Shown here piece by piece: positions 27,854-41,200 of a stretch of DNA of 64,000 nucleotides. The position numbers and the translations under genes were made by a program. Numbering within the stretch: position 1 is the first letter of the stretch; each line of letters starts with the position of its first letter. Under the pieces are notes generated by a model. The model was not told the DNA's origin, did not search any database, and saw only the letters and a program-made list of their open reading frames with translations. This DNA comes from an uncultured Candidatus Saccharibacteria bacterium (GTDB taxonomy: Bacteria; Patescibacteriota; Dojkabacteria; J137), in the NCBI GenBank assembly GCA_965230975.1, contig OZ246402.1, positions 800,859-864,858 on the forward strand. Direction: 5' to 3'.

Positions 27854-27957
27854 TAAAGGTTTTTAAACACTTAATTATATCATCAATCCATATCTTTTGA
27901 TATTATCAGTTCCGCAAAGTAAAACAATTTGGAAACAGATCTAAATGAATATATTAT

Positions 27958-28581
27958 TTACATTAACTCCCATCTTTCTCTCATCACTTCGCTATACATT
28001 CCCGCTATCTCTCTAGCACTAGGCAATTCTAAAGTCTTTGTCTTATCAAACTTTCTTTGTAACTCTAACTTTCCATTCCCTTCTGCTAAGCTCTCAGCCC
28101 AAGCGTAAAATGCTGTTTGCAATACCTCATCTGTAACAAAAGCAATCTTATCTGCCTCTTTAACAATCTTTTGCTCTATACAAGAATTAATAGTCTCTGG
28201 ATTTTCAAAAAGAATATTCCTCAACTTATGTAATTGATCTGGGCTTAAATCTAAACTTTCAAAGAACTCATTTGCAATATCCCAATTAAATTGTGCATGT
28301 CTTTGTTGAAGAACTTGTGGAGTTTCATCAGCAGTCTTACCAATATCATGAAAAAGAGCACCCAGCAAAATAACTTTTAAATCTGCATCTGTATAATCCT
28401 TAGCAACTTCAACAGCAATGTTCATAACATCTATACTATGATTAATCATAATATCTGCGTTATTAAAACTATATCTTGGGTTTGCATTAAACCTATCTCT
28501 TACAAAAGCTTGAGCACTTTGCTTTACTTGAGCTAAACCTTTACTATCTAAGTAAGCTTGAAGTGATGGATCTGTAAACAT
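27958..28581 (-). CDS. HD-domain phosphohydrolase
   Basis: H...HD motif: NHSIDVMNIAV...ILLGALFHDIGK. Confidence 0.7.
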   Translation of the reverse strand: MFTDPSLQAYLDSKGLAQVKQSAQAFVRDRFNANPRYSFNNADIMINHSIDVMNIAVEVAKDYTDADLKVILLGALFHDIGKTADETPQVLQQRHAQFNWDIANEFFESLDLSPDQLHKLRNILFENPETINSCIEQKIVKEADKIAFVTDEVLQTAFYAWAESLAEGNGKLELQRKFDKTKTLELPSAREIAGMYSEVMRERWELM

Positions 28582-28648
28582 AAAGCTTAGTGTATTAAAG
28601 TATATAAATATTAGTTAAAATAATAACACAATCTTTACTTGAATAATT

Positions 28649-30640
28649 ATGAGAAATACGGGAATAGAAGGCGCGATAGATTCTGACCCAAGCACAGAAC
28701 TAATTACAAATTTCGAACAACTAGTTAAAGTAGCCCAACTTTACAGATTAGATTACCTAGACTTAAGACACCCTTATATAAAAAGAAGTATAAGTACGTA
28801 TCAGGGTTACCCTAGATATACAGAAACTATACAAGATGAAGATGAGCAGGGTAATGACGTTCAGACAGAAGTTAAAATTAATACTGAGTGGCATACTTCA
28901 ATAGAAGGAATAACAAGTGGTAAACCAAGGCTAATATTAGAAGTGAGATGCGCAACTTTCGGTAGTACTGAAAAAACTAAAACGAATGTTCAAAAATTAG
29001 TTGCTGATAACGCCGCATACAAGCTTAATCCCAAATACCTACTTTTAGAAGTAAGTATTGAGAATATTGATAGGATATTTGAAGAAATTTATAAATTGGT
29101 TTTAGCATTAGAAAAAGCTTTCGACGAACCTTCAATTTCACAGTCTGAACGAATAGACAATGTAAACATTATCATTAAAACAATAGCACAGGGATTAAAT
29201 CAGGTAAGTCAATATCTTAATAACTTTGAAAACAACAAAGAAAGGCAGACATTATTAGCACAAACCATAAACCCTAATATAATTACCGTTTTTAATATTT
29301 ATTATGATGAAAAGGAGAAGGATTATCCTATTATAAAACCAGAATCTATTGCCAAATACTATTTTTTAACAAGAGCTTGTTTAAGCCAGGGTTATACCGA
29401 TATAAGTTATGAACAACAGATTTATCTTAGAGATCAAATATTGACAATAGCCAAAGAAATGTTTTCTGCACTTTTTTACTTAAATCTAGGCGGAGATTAT
29501 AGATCAAAATGGGACCCTAACGGTGAATTTGCTAGTAGAGTTGAAGAAGCTTCAACCTTTGAAGAGATAAAAGAGATATATCAAGAATTTATACCAAAGA
29601 TAGAAGAAGTTATAAAACCTTACATAACAGGTAAGCGAAAAGAAGTAAGTGGATGGGAAGAGGTTGCACTTATTTTGTTTATGCTAGGTGAAGAATTAAC
29701 AATAAAAACACCCAGACTAAGGCTAATTATATCTCTTTTAGAAAAATTTATTCATTTTACACATTCTGGAAATGAGGAGTCTACAATATCTCAAAGATTA
29801 GTAAGATTTAACATGAATGCATTACTACCTTTTCTAATTGCAAGTGAGGGACATTCTGACCCAAAGGAGATTTCATGTCTCTTTCAAACACTAAGCCCTC
29901 TCGAACAAGAAGAAGTATTGCGAATGTTTCCACAAATAGATATAGAAGATTACACTGATTTAGATGTATTAAACATGATTTTGGAATCAGAAGCAGATGA
30001 TTTAAAAGGGGCATTTTGGCGTAATTTAATAAATCCAGATTTAAGAATGAGAGGTGGTACAAACTCTAGTAATATGACCTTTGAGATAGCGAATGTGGGG
30101 GATGGAGAAAATACTTCTTGGAAAATACTTTGCGATTTATATACTAAGTTTTACAGATTTTCTAGATACGACCCAAACAAATCATATAGAGCTTTGAATT
30201 TTAGATACGAAGATTTTAAATACGCTAGCCCTATAATGTGCGAGTTCTTAGAATGGTATCCAAAAGTAAATAAAAAGCTATTTGAAAAACTTTTAGAAAA
30301 ATTAAAAGTTGAAAACGAAGAACCAGATTTTAATGCTAAAAAAGTATTATCATTTTTACAAGATAATGTATTTTCACAAACTTTGATTAATCTAGGTAAA
30401 GATAGATACGAGTTAGTAAAAGTACCTGAAAGTAACTTACAAATATTACTAATAGACCAACCACCAATAAATATTCAAATAGCTGCAGAATTTACAAATC
30501 TAAATGGTGAAGTTAAGTCAAAAGATTCTTTTGTTCCAATTGTTTTTATAAATGGAGTTGAAGTTACAAGTCTTGAATCAATTCTCTCACATTTAGGTAT
30601 TGTTCAAGCAATAAAATACAAATTTCAGCAAGGAGATTAA
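28649..30640 (+). CDS. hypothetical protein (663 aa)
   Basis: Long ORF, mostly alpha-helical by composition. No motif recognised. Confidence 0.45.
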   Translation: MRNTGIEGAIDSDPSTELITNFEQLVKVAQLYRLDYLDLRHPYIKRSISTYQGYPRYTETIQDEDEQGNDVQTEVKINTEWHTSIEGITSGKPRLILEVRCATFGSTEKTKTNVQKLVADNAAYKLNPKYLLLEVSIENIDRIFEEIYKLVLALEKAFDEPSISQSERIDNVNIIIKTIAQGLNQVSQYLNNFENNKERQTLLAQTINPNIITVFNIYYDEKEKDYPIIKPESIAKYYFLTRACLSQGYTDISYEQQIYLRDQILTIAKEMFSALFYLNLGGDYRSKWDPNGEFASRVEEASTFEEIKEIYQEFIPKIEEVIKPYITGKRKEVSGWEEVALILFMLGEELTIKTPRLRLIISLLEKFIHFTHSGNEESTISQRLVRFNMNALLPFLIASEGHSDPKEISCLFQTLSPLEQEEVLRMFPQIDIEDYTDLDVLNMILESEADDLKGAFWRNLINPDLRMRGGTNSSNMTFEIANVGDGENTSWKILCDLYTKFYRFSRYDPNKSYRALNFRYEDFKYASPIMCEFLEWYPKVNKKLFEKLLEKLKVENEEPDFNAKKVLSFLQDNVFSQTLINLGKDRYELVKVPESNLQILLIDQPPINIQIAAEFTNLNGEVKSKDSFVPIVFINGVEVTSLESILSHLGIVQAIKYKFQQGD

Positions 30641-30724
30641 ATTAGCTAATTGCATTTCCACCCACACCTTACTATACTAGTATTAACTCCTGGGTTTACT
30701 ATACTATTTGTTAAGCTAAACTAA

Positions 30725-31696
30725 ATGAGCAAGCCAACCGTACTTATAATAGGTGGAACAGGATATATAGGCTACCACGTTTGCAAAGAGCTTGTTGCAC
30801 AAGACTATAGCGTAACGGCAATATCAATAGACGATGTACCTCAAAATTTTTTACCAGAACAAGTAAAAATAGTTAAAGCAAATATAGAAAAGCTAACAGA
30901 TGAACAACTATCAGAACTATTTAAAGACATTGACTACTTTATATTTGCAGCAGGCGCAGACGATAGACTAACACCAAAAGCACCATCTTACCCATTCTTT
31001 TACAAAGCAAACGTAGAATCTGTAGAAAGATTGTTAACAATCGGCAAATCAGCAGGAGTAAAGAAATGCGTAGTACTAAACTCTTACTTTGCATACTTTA
31101 ATAGAACCTGGCCACAAATGCAGCTCGCAAAAAAGCACCCATATATAAGATCTAGAGTAGCGCAACAGGAGATGGCATTCAAAATTGGAGGTGACACAAT
31201 GCCAGTAGCAGTTTTAGAACTACCTTACATAGTAGGAGTAACACCAACCAAAGGATCTTTATGGAAAGGTCTTGTAAAATATGTAAACTCTAAGGGCAAT
31301 ACAAAATACTATACAAAAGGAGGAACAGCAGTAACATCTGTAAGAAATGTAGGGTTAGCAATTGCAAACGCATTAAAATTCACAACACAAAACACACAAT
31401 ATCAGGTTGTAGATATTAATATGACTTGGGAGGAGTGGTTAAAAGCTTTAAGAGTAGATAAAACAAGAGAGATTAAAGTTGTAAGCATACCAACATTTTT
31501 AGTAAAAATCGCATCTGTATTCATGCTAATTAGGTACAAACTAAAAGGTGAAGAACCTGGTTTAAATATTGTAGATTTTATTGACCTGCAAACTAAAAAT
31601 ACCTTCTTACCAATAAAAGAAAGCCAACAAGCTTTGCAGTATAATAAATACGATATAAATCAAGATTTTGAAGATACAGTAAAGCTTTGCGCGTAG
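30725..31696 (+). CDS. NAD-dependent epimerase/dehydratase family protein (extended SDR)
   Basis: N-terminal VLIIGGTGYIGYHVCKEL Rossmann motif (GxxGxxG). Confidence 0.7.
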   Translation: MSKPTVLIIGGTGYIGYHVCKELVAQDYSVTAISIDDVPQNFLPEQVKIVKANIEKLTDEQLSELFKDIDYFIFAAGADDRLTPKAPSYPFFYKANVESVERLLTIGKSAGVKKCVVLNSYFAYFNRTWPQMQLAKKHPYIRSRVAQQEMAFKIGGDTMPVAVLELPYIVGVTPTKGSLWKGLVKYVNSKGNTKYYTKGGTAVTSVRNVGLAIANALKFTTQNTQYQVVDINMTWEEWLKALRVDKTREIKVVSIPTFLVKIASVFMLIRYKLKGEEPGLNIVDFIDLQTKNTFLPIKESQQALQYNKYDINQDFEDTVKLCA

Positions 31697-31749
31697 TTTA
31701 TATAAAAGCAAAATGCCCACCAAAGGTGGGCATTTCTTAATTCAATTAC

Positions 31750-33447
31750 TTATCTTAAATTTACTTCATTTGAAATAGCTTCTCCAACGCCACACCATCC
31801 TCCATATACATTTTGATCTTTTGCACAAACCCTAATGTAGGTGTAATCCTTAAATGGAGTAAGATCATATTCTCTTACGCTAGGTGCTACATCAGAATGA
31901 GTATAAGATGCATAAGGGATGCCGTTTGTAGGAATAGGGCTATATGAACCGATAATCTTAAACCCAGATAAATTAGTACCAACTACATTCCAAACTAGTT
32001 TATTTGCTGTGGTATCAACACTTAAGTTAATACTTTTTACAAATGGCTCAGAAGTTTTAGTTAAGTCTACCTGCTCTGAAATAGCTCCGCATTTAGCAAT
32101 ATAACCTCTTTCGTAAGAAATAGCGCAAATTCTTGCCTTACTAATACTAATATTAGAATTTTGTAGAGTGTAGTTTCTTTTAACTGGATCTGAAATAGTT
32201 ACTTGAGAATATGTAGCTGCAGGGAATCCACTATCTGGAATATCTGCATCTGAGAATGTAATTAAAAAACCGTCTTCCGCATATCCATTAGTTACCCAAG
32301 AAAGTTCATTAGATTCTTTATTAAACTTTAAATCAATATCTGAAACCAATGTACCTACATCTTCTAAGTAAAATGTAATTAGATTAGAAAAGGTATAACA
32401 ACTATCTGGAATATCTTTATTTACAAGACATGCAATTGCATTGTATGTACCAGGTCCATCAACTCTTGTAATTTTTCCATATTTATATGCTGTAGCAGTA
32501 GTAAATTCCCCATGAGATACAGTTGGATTATATCTTAAAATATCTGGTGACTTTGACCATATAATTTTTGTTGTATCATAACCAGTTGCATCTCCACTTA
32601 CAGTCCATGTTAAAACCCTATCTGATTCGTATTTCAAAGTAATTATTGGAGTGTTTCCATTAAATTTATTTGGATCACTTTTAATCCATTTAACGGTACT
32701 TACCATTGCATCACAAATAGATACATCTCCAGTACACTTCATTGATAAACCGAAAGAATAACCTCTATTTGAGCCATCTTGTAGTGGAACAAATACAGAA
32801 GGTTTTCCACAAGGTGCAGATATACTTACTCCTTGAAATTCGCAGGTAGTATTTAATAGATTTGCAAAATAATAATAAGTTCCATTTGATTCACCTCTAG
32901 TAAATTTTTGTCCTAGTTCTGTAGTAATACTTACTAAGCTATTATTTGTAACTGCTACCGGAGCTATAGGAACTCCAACACTATCCCACAGTATACTTAA
33001 TATATAGTCTTGGTTTTCGAACTCTACTGTATCATTTTGAGTTGATCCATTTACATATTTTTTGCTAGTATTTTCTGGGGTTTTTAGTTCAAAAGTAGCT
33101 GTATATAAATCAAAATTAGCCTTTGGCCAAGTTTGAATTGGTAATGCAATTATTTCGTTTGCATTATCTATAGAAGTTGGTCCAGAAACTACACCCTGAT
33201 TACTATAATCTACACTTTTAACAGTAATAACACTTGGAGTAGGCACTAAATCTTCAATAGACTTATCTAAGTCATTTGCAAGATTTGAATTATTGTTATT
33301 TAAAAGTTGATACGCAATGAATGCTCCAGCGGCAACTAATAATAATGCAACAACCGACATTATTAATGTTTTCTTATTAAGAAAGCGCATAAAATAATAA
33401 TAAAAATGTAATATACCAATATTAGTATTTTGTAGTGTACATTGCAA
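31750..33447 (-). CDS. membrane-anchored secreted hypothetical protein (565 aa)
   Basis: N-terminal TM (IMSVVALLLVAAGAFIAY). Ser/Thr/Asn-rich and Cys-containing extracellular region. Confidence 0.45.
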   Translation of the reverse strand: MQCTLQNTNIGILHFYYYFMRFLNKKTLIMSVVALLLVAAGAFIAYQLLNNNNSNLANDLDKSIEDLVPTPSVITVKSVDYSNQGVVSGPTSIDNANEIIALPIQTWPKANFDLYTATFELKTPENTSKKYVNGSTQNDTVEFENQDYILSILWDSVGVPIAPVAVTNNSLVSITTELGQKFTRGESNGTYYYFANLLNTTCEFQGVSISAPCGKPSVFVPLQDGSNRGYSFGLSMKCTGDVSICDAMVSTVKWIKSDPNKFNGNTPIITLKYESDRVLTWTVSGDATGYDTTKIIWSKSPDILRYNPTVSHGEFTTATAYKYGKITRVDGPGTYNAIACLVNKDIPDSCYTFSNLITFYLEDVGTLVSDIDLKFNKESNELSWVTNGYAEDGFLITFSDADIPDSGFPAATYSQVTISDPVKRNYTLQNSNISISKARICAISYERGYIAKCGAISEQVDLTKTSEPFVKSINLSVDTTANKLVWNVVGTNLSGFKIIGSYSPIPTNGIPYASYTHSDVAPSVREYDLTPFKDYTYIRVCAKDQNVYGGWCGVGEAISNEVNLR

Positions 33448-33534
33448 TTTAGGTATAAAAGTTTGGGAATATTTTCTTCTTATGATTAGTTGGCTATAGT
33501 ATAATATTCAAATCTTACTTAACTAAAATCTATT

Positions 33535-34050
33535 ATGCTTCAAAGTAAAATATCTGACGACAATGCACGTAAATTTAACAAGTATTCTAAAGCACCCGAA
33601 ATAATGCCAAGAGATGAAATTATTAACAAAAAATCAGTCTTAAAAACAGACAAAGGCGTAATAGAAATTAAACTATTTGGAGACGAAGCACCTTTAGCTG
33701 TAAGTAACCACATCTTTTTAGTAAAAGATAAATTCTATAACAATATAATCTTTCACAGAAGAGAAGAGGGATTTGTAATTCAAGGTGGAGACCCACTAGG
33801 AAAAGGATACGGAGGACCTGGTTACCAATTTGAAGATGAACCTGTTATGAGAGATTACACACGAGGGATTGTTGCAATGGCAAATGCCGGCCCAGACACA
33901 AACGGAAGTCAATTCTTTATAATGCTAGACAATGTACCATTGCCCCCTCTATACACAATATTTGGCGAGGTAATATCTGGATTAGATGTAGTAGATCAGA
34001 TTCAAATAGGAGACACCATTCTTGAAGCTAAAATTGAAGATTTAGATTAA
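33535..34050 (+). CDS. peptidyl-prolyl cis-trans isomerase, cyclophilin type
   Basis: FHRREEGFVIQGGDP...GIVAMANAGPDTNGSQFFI cyclophilin signature. Confidence 0.9.
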   Translation: MLQSKISDDNARKFNKYSKAPEIMPRDEIINKKSVLKTDKGVIEIKLFGDEAPLAVSNHIFLVKDKFYNNIIFHRREEGFVIQGGDPLGKGYGGPGYQFEDEPVMRDYTRGIVAMANAGPDTNGSQFFIMLDNVPLPPLYTIFGEVISGLDVVDQIQIGDTILEAKIEDLD

Positions 34051-34061
34051 ACAATAATTCT

Positions 34062-34529
34062 ATGCTAATTTTTCAAAAAGATGATTGGAACAAATTACAC
34101 ATAGCTAAAATAAATGGATGGACTTTAACCTTAATGGGGGATCAAAACCTATTAGGATGGGTTATGTTATTTCCTTCTAGAAAATTAAAAGGACCTATAA
34201 CTTTATTAACAAATGATGAATTAATTGAATTTAAAAAAGTGGCTTTGTTAACTGAAGAACTATTAAACGATTTGTTTCAACCTGATTGGTTTAATTATTC
34301 TCAGCTCGGAAACCATGATGGAACATTGCATATTCATTTAGTTCCTAGATACAAAAGTAATAGGGTTTTCGATGGATTTACTTTTACTGATGAGAATTGG
34401 GGTAATAGAATAAAATACCTGCCAATTGAAAAATTAGCCCGCAAAGAAACCGTCTTGAAAATAGTTCAAGCTTTTAAAGATAAATTAAAAGAAAGAAATA
34501 TTCAAGATTTGAAAATAGAAATACTTTGA
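34062..34529 (+). CDS. HIT-like domain protein
   Basis: GTLHIHLVPRY resembles the histidine-triad motif but has only two His. This is a weak call. Confidence 0.35.
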   Translation: MLIFQKDDWNKLHIAKINGWTLTLMGDQNLLGWVMLFPSRKLKGPITLLTNDELIEFKKVALLTEELLNDLFQPDWFNYSQLGNHDGTLHIHLVPRYKSNRVFDGFTFTDENWGNRIKYLPIEKLARKETVLKIVQAFKDKLKERNIQDLKIEIL

Positions 34530-34561
34530 TTCTATTAAATAACGCTAATTAAGCGTACAAA

Positions 34562-34975
34562 TTAGTTCTCTTCAACATAACTTTTAAAATTATCAAGAAT
34601 TGCTTGCCATCCTTCTCTTTGAAGCTCAATTGAATTTTCTGTTTCTGCATCAAAGGTTACTTCTATATTTGTTTGGTCGCCTGATTGGTTTAATAAAGCA
34701 GTCACATTTCTACCATCTTCCATCGAATACTTTATGGATTTATTATCTATAACCTCTGTGTAAACACCTTCAAAATCAAAACCATTTTTACCATCTACTG
34801 ATTCCATTCTGTAACTAAATTTACCTCCAACTCTTAAATCGTTTTTAGCACTTGGAGTATGCCAATCAATAGACGCATTATTCCAATTAACAATATGCTT
34901 TGGGTTTGTATAGTATTCCCAAACTTTTGTAACCGGCGCATTAATTTTGGTTTGAACTGTAATTTTTTGAAACAT
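34562..34975 (-). CDS. SRPBCC-family protein (AHSA1/Aha1-like)
   Basis: MFQKITVQTKINAPVTKVWEYYTNPKHIVNW is the typical N-terminus of Aha1-like SRPBCC proteins. Confidence 0.65.
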   Translation of the reverse strand: MFQKITVQTKINAPVTKVWEYYTNPKHIVNWNNASIDWHTPSAKNDLRVGGKFSYRMESVDGKNGFDFEGVYTEVIDNKSIKYSMEDGRNVTALLNQSGDQTNIEVTFDAETENSIELQREGWQAILDNFKSYVEEN

Positions 34976-35267
34976 AATTTAAATATTAAAGTTATTAGAT
35001 TATTTTTACTTAAAACATGCTATTTAGGCAAGTAAATAATTTGTAAGTAGTTGTTAAATCACCCTATATAAATTTTCTATTATTTATAACTTATATAGGC
35101 ACGGAAATTCTTAATAGAAGCACCAAATCTGTAAATTAATTGTAAATTTTTAATTGAAAACTTGTTCAAAAATCCCTATTATAGAAAGAGTGAAAACTAT
35201 ATCTGTATTTATTTATATTATATTTCAGATATATAAAATACCTAGTTAATTTCAATTCAATTAATAG

Positions 35268-38200
35268 TTGAGAGTAACATTTAAATTAAAACAACTCTTA
35301 AATAGTGAAAAAATGCTATCAGTTAAGCATTCTTTTCTAACTTCATATAAAAATAATAAAAATAGATTCCACGTTATTATTGGTTTGGTTTTAGTTTTAA
35401 GCATTGCAGGATTAGTTTACGCAGCTACATCTACTAATAATATTGCTACCTCTTCTACAAATACAGCTACCACTGTTTCTACATTAAGAAGGGTAGTAAG
35501 AACAAGCGATGGAACATTACATGCATTTGTACAACTAGGTACAGAGACAATGACCTGTGGTGGAACACCAACAAATGGATTACTCTGGACTTATTCAACA
35601 GATAACGGGACAAATTGGACATGTGGTGGTCAGGTTTCTAACAATGTTAGTATTCTATTTCACGCTTCTGCCGTAGTAGATTCCTCAGATAATATTTATA
35701 TAGTATATTCACCTACAAATAGCGGAGCAAACAGCACTTACGATGCATATTATAGAAAACTAACAAAAGGGTCTGGGTCTACATGGACTTTAGAAAACGC
35801 ACAAACAGTATTAGATGCATCTGCATCTACTGGATTTAACTACGCAACCATAGAAATTGAAGGGACCGATAGACTCTGGGTTGCAGCAAGAAGGTTTGAT
35901 GGCACCAACTATCAAATATCAACTTACTATTCAGACGGGCTCACTACAAACCCTACCTGGGAAACATCTGAAAATGTATTAAGTGTAGCCGGTAATAGCG
36001 CCTCTTACCACATACCTGCAATGTTTAGATTCGGAAATAAAATAGGTATTGTTTATAACTCGCAACTGCCTACTGCAGTTATGAGATGGAGGTTTAGAGA
36101 AGATGGAGAATCTTTAACAAAATGGGCTTCTGAGACAATTATTAACACATTAACAGCTACTGGGCCAACATTTTCTGTAATTTCTGATAGTAATGCAAAT
36201 GCATATTTTGCTTTAAGTAGTACTACTAATGTTTTCTTTAACTATTGGAATGGTAGCGTTTGGTCTCAAAACGCAATAGTTAGTACGACTGCGCTTTCAA
36301 ACAGCTATGTATCTTTAACTACAAACGGTTCTAGCGTCAAAGTAATATATGGTGAATCTACAAATTTAGCTGCTGGTATTACAGGTCTAGGTATTTATAA
36401 ACTATCTTACAAAAATGGATATTTACCATTCTCCTCATCTGAATTTGATGTTACTGCTAGCCCTGTGGTTAGCTACCAAACCACATTTGATAAATATTGG
36501 AGTTACAATGGCACAACTTATACAAACGATACAACAGATGTTGCAAACGCAACTAGTGCAGATACACAAATGACATCTGGGATTGGGAGTATCGCATACT
36601 TTGGAAAACTTGAAAAATTTGACTCTATAGCTTGGGATATTTCTACAAGTGGAGTAACTGGTACTATAGTTTGGGAGTACTGGAACGGGAGTTCATGGAC
36701 AGCCTTAACTTTAAGAAACTCTTCTAGTCCTAACTTTACAGCAGATGGTTGGATAAACTTTGTAGACCCTGCAAACTGGGCAACAACTCAAGTTAATGCA
36801 GAAGGCACACCTTATTATTATGTTAGAGCTAGAACTAGTGTTGCATTTACAACTCAACCTGTAGGTGTTCAAATACTACCAATAACAGGCGTTTTTGGTG
36901 CTAACTTTATACAAAACAGTGTTAGTGGTAGTAGCTATGGTATTTGGACAGAAAACACTGCAAGCAGATTTGTTATTAAACAAGGATCTCTTAGCTATCC
37001 AGCAGTTACTGTAAATAATGCAACAAACACAAATGCAGTAAATAACTTGATAGGATACTCAACACTTGCTACAGCTACTCACCCAAGTACAATGAAAAAT
37101 ATATTACAAACATCTGACGGTACATTTCATGCCTTTATACAAGCTGGGAATAATGTTGCCTGTAATGACACGACTTATAATGGAGGGCTAGTATGGACAT
37201 ATTCTACAGATGAAGGAGTAAATTGGGATTGTGGTGCAGAACTTATGAGCGAAATTGTTAATGTATCTTATGCTTCTGCAGTAAAAGATAGTTCTGATAA
37301 TATTTATGTAGTTTATTCTACTTTAAATAATGCAGGTGGAGTTACAAATGACACCTACTATACAAAGCTAACAAAAGGAGTTGGATCAACCTGGAGCGTA
37401 GGCACTCCAGACTTAGTTTTAGATGCAAGTGGAACAACAGCATATACATACTCAACAGTTGAGATAGAAAATAATACAAGATTATGGCTTGCCACAAGGT
37501 ACTTTGACGGGGTTTATTATCAAATCAATACTTATTATTCATCAGACCTTTCGGGTGCTCCAAACTGGAGTGTTTCGAAAGCCCCATTAACAGCTCTTAC
37601 CGCAACTAGCACATATCTGTACCCTGCAATCGTTAGGTTTGGAAGTAATATTGGTGTAGCTTATAATGCTCAAACTAATAATCAAAGGTGGCGAGTTAGA
37701 TCTGATTCTGACCCGTTGAGCTCTTGGGGTACTGAAAACATTGTAAGCACAGAAGCAGTAGCTAGCCCAAGATTCTCAATTATATCTGATGGAAGTGATA
37801 ATGTTTACTATGGGTCCTTGGTAACATGTTCAATTTATACAACCTTTTGGAACGGTAGAACATGGGCTCCAACAACTACAGTAATAAACAACAACTGTAC
37901 TCAGGTAGCATCTGGCACTTACTTTAGCTTGTCTACTGATGGTACAAATTTAAGGTTATTTTATGGAGAGCCATTAAGTACTAGTACTGGAATTCCCCAA
38001 CATAGACTAGTTTATAGAACAGGTGTACCTCCATATAGTGCAAACAGCTTTGATTTAACTGCAACACAGGTAAATACAATGCATTCAACATTTACTAAGT
38101 ATTGGAGTTATGTTTCAAGTGTTTACCTAAACGACACTACAGATGCCGCAAGTGTGACAAGCGCAGATACTCAAATGCTAACAAACGCAGGAGATATTGC

Positions 38201-41200
38201 ATTTTTTGGATCCAGTTCAAAATTTGATACTGTTGCATGGGATGTTTCAACATTAGGAACTGTTGGATCCGTAATTTGGGAATATTGGAATGGCAGTGCT
38301 TGGGTAGAACTAACAGATTTTACATCAGTATCTAACCCATCTTTTTACAATGATGGATATATTAACTTTGTTACGCCAGTAAATTGGGCTACAACACAAG
38401 TTAATGCAGAAGGCACACCTTACTATTATGTTAGGGCTAGAGTAACAAGGTCATTTAGTGTAGCACCAGTAGGCATTCAGTTTACAACAATGCCATTAGT
38501 TTCTTGGGCAACTGCACTCCCGAATACAAATGCTAATAAAGTTGGTGCTATGTGGACTGAAAACTCAGTTTCATCTATGCCTATAAAATTTCAAAATATT
38601 AGCTTGGGTAGCAATTACACTAATTATAACGCTACGCAAACAGATGTTATTCCAACTTTAGGTTATTCAGCTAATGTCACTTCGCTGGGGCCAACAACTA
38701 TGGAAAGCTATGTTAAAACTTCAGATGGAACATACCACTCATTTGTGCAAGCTGGAAACAAGCAATTTTGTAACGATGCATCATCTACAGTAAACAATGT
38801 TGGTTTAATGTGGGTTTATTCTACCAATGGGTCGGATTGGAATTGTGGAGGTCAATTATCCGGTGATGTTACTAATTTTATGTATGCTTCCGCTACAACC
38901 GACTCTGCAGGAAACATTTATGTAGTTTATTCAGTAACCGCAAATGGAGCAAACATCGCATATAGCACTTATTATAGAAAACTAACAAAAGGGGTTGGTG
39001 CAACATGGACAATAGGAAATGCAAGTCAGGTTCTAAATGCTTCTGCAGGTGGTATTGCTTATTCATACTCTGTTATTAAAGCAGAATCAGATTCAAGATT
39101 GTGGTTAGCAACGCGTTACTTTGATGGTACAAACTATCAAATATCTGCTTACTATACTGATACTTTAGTTGATGATCCTACATGGAACCTTTCAACAATG
39201 AGTCTAAGTGTTGCGACTCCAAGCACAACCGATTTCTTTCCATCAATTGTAAAGTTTGGAAACAATATTGGAATAATTTATGCATCCCAATTCCCTGCAT
39301 CTTATCAAATGTGGAGATACAGAAGTAATTCTCAAGACCCTACTGTTTGGTCATCTCAAATGGTAGTTAATACAGAAAACTTATCTGTACCTGCTTATTC
39401 CACAGTGTCTGATAATGCAGGAAATGTTTATACAGTTTCAGTTAATGGTGCTAATGTTGTATTTAACTATTGGAATGGTAACGTTTGGTCACCCTCTGTA
39501 AACTTATCAACAACCGCCTCTACTGCTTATGCAGGTATTATTACAGATGGTTACAACGTTTGGGTTAACTATTTAGATACAACTGGGCTTATCTCATCTG
39601 GACTTGGATTAAGAAAATTTAGCTACAGAAAAGGAATACCTCCTTACACAGCTACAGAGTGGGAGGCTGCTACAAATTTGGTGACTAATCATGGATTTTT
39701 TGATAAATACTGGAGTTACTTTAGCTCTGTTTACTTAAATGACACAACCGATGTTACTTCTGTTGCAACAGCAGATACTCAAATGCTAAGAAATATAGGA
39801 GATATTGCATATTTTGGGAAATTAGAAAAATTTGATGCAGTATCTTGGGTTTTAAGCACAGCAGGTGTTGGGGGGAATGTTGTTTGGGAATACTATAATG
39901 GGAGTGTTTGGGCACCAATAGAGGATTTTGAGCATAACTTGAATCCTAATTTTATTGGTGCAACAACTGGAATTATATCTTTCAGTCCTGCAAGTGATTG
40001 GCAAACGACCACGGTTAACAGCGAACCCACACCTTATTACTATGTTAGAGCAAGGGTAATTGCAAATTACTCAACAACCCCTGTTGCATCACAAATTGTT
40101 ACAATTCCAAACTTAAATAGCTCTGCATTGCTACCTACTTTAGATGGAAACAATATGTCAGGGCTTTGGACAGAAAACTCGGTAGCTCCTATTCGAATAA
40201 GAAAATACGATATTACATTATCTACAGAAACACCTAACACAGCATCTGCATCTGATTTAATGCCTACCTTAAACTCGGCAACTTGGTATTCTTCAACAAA
40301 CCTAACTAATCAATCATCTACTCAAAGAAGTATTGTAAAAACATCTGATGGCACTATCCATTCATTTGTTTACACTGCTAACTCGCCAGCTTGTGGTGGC
40401 AACTCAACAAGCCAGGCAAATTCAGGTGGGTTAGTTTGGATGACCTCAAGTGATGAAGGTGTAACTTGGGATTGTAAATCTACTTTGTGGTCTGACCCGA
40501 CAATGGGGTACTACGCATCTGCAACAGTAGACAGCAACGACAATATTTATGTTGTTTATTCTCAAGCTGCAAATGGTGGGAGTGTTAATTACGATATTTA
40601 TTATAGAATGATTACAAAAACTGGACCTGGGACTTGGAGCATGGAACCTCAACAAATACTACTTGATTCAATTACTGCTAATACTGGGTACACTTATGCA
40701 ACAATAGAGGTAGAAGGTTCTAATAGACTTTGGGTAGCATTTAGAAATTATAATAATCCAAACTATCAAGTCTCTGTATATTATTCTAGCGCACTAACTT
40801 CTGAACCAGTTTGGACACTTTCAAGCTTAGCATTAGAAAGTGCAGGCACATCTACAAGTTACCATTATCCAACCATTGTACGTTATGGAAGTAATATAGG
40901 AGTTATTTATAGCAATGAAATTGGAGGTGTTTCTACCAGATGGAGATCTAGAGCCGACACAGATGGTTTAACAACATGGGGAACAGAAGCAACAATTATG
41001 GCATCTGCTTCAACAGGGCCATTATTTTCTGCAGTTGGTAGTGATGCTGGTGAAATCTATTTAAGTGTTGGCTCTGCTGCAACTGTTTACTTTACATCAT
41101 GGAATGGAAGTTCTTGGTCAAGTAGAGCAACATTATCTTCAACTGCTATTACAAATGGATTTACAAATGTAAGTATGGTTGGAACAACTGCATATGTTTA

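Noticed and set aside
29808-32104. ORFs 29808-30062 (-) and 31919-32104 (+)
   Set aside because: Antisense within the longer 663-aa and 565-aa ORFs.
34530-34561. Short palindrome ACGCTAATTAAGCGT between convergent genes, considered as a terminator
   Set aside because: Only a 5-bp AT-poor stem without a clear T-tract. Insufficient to call.
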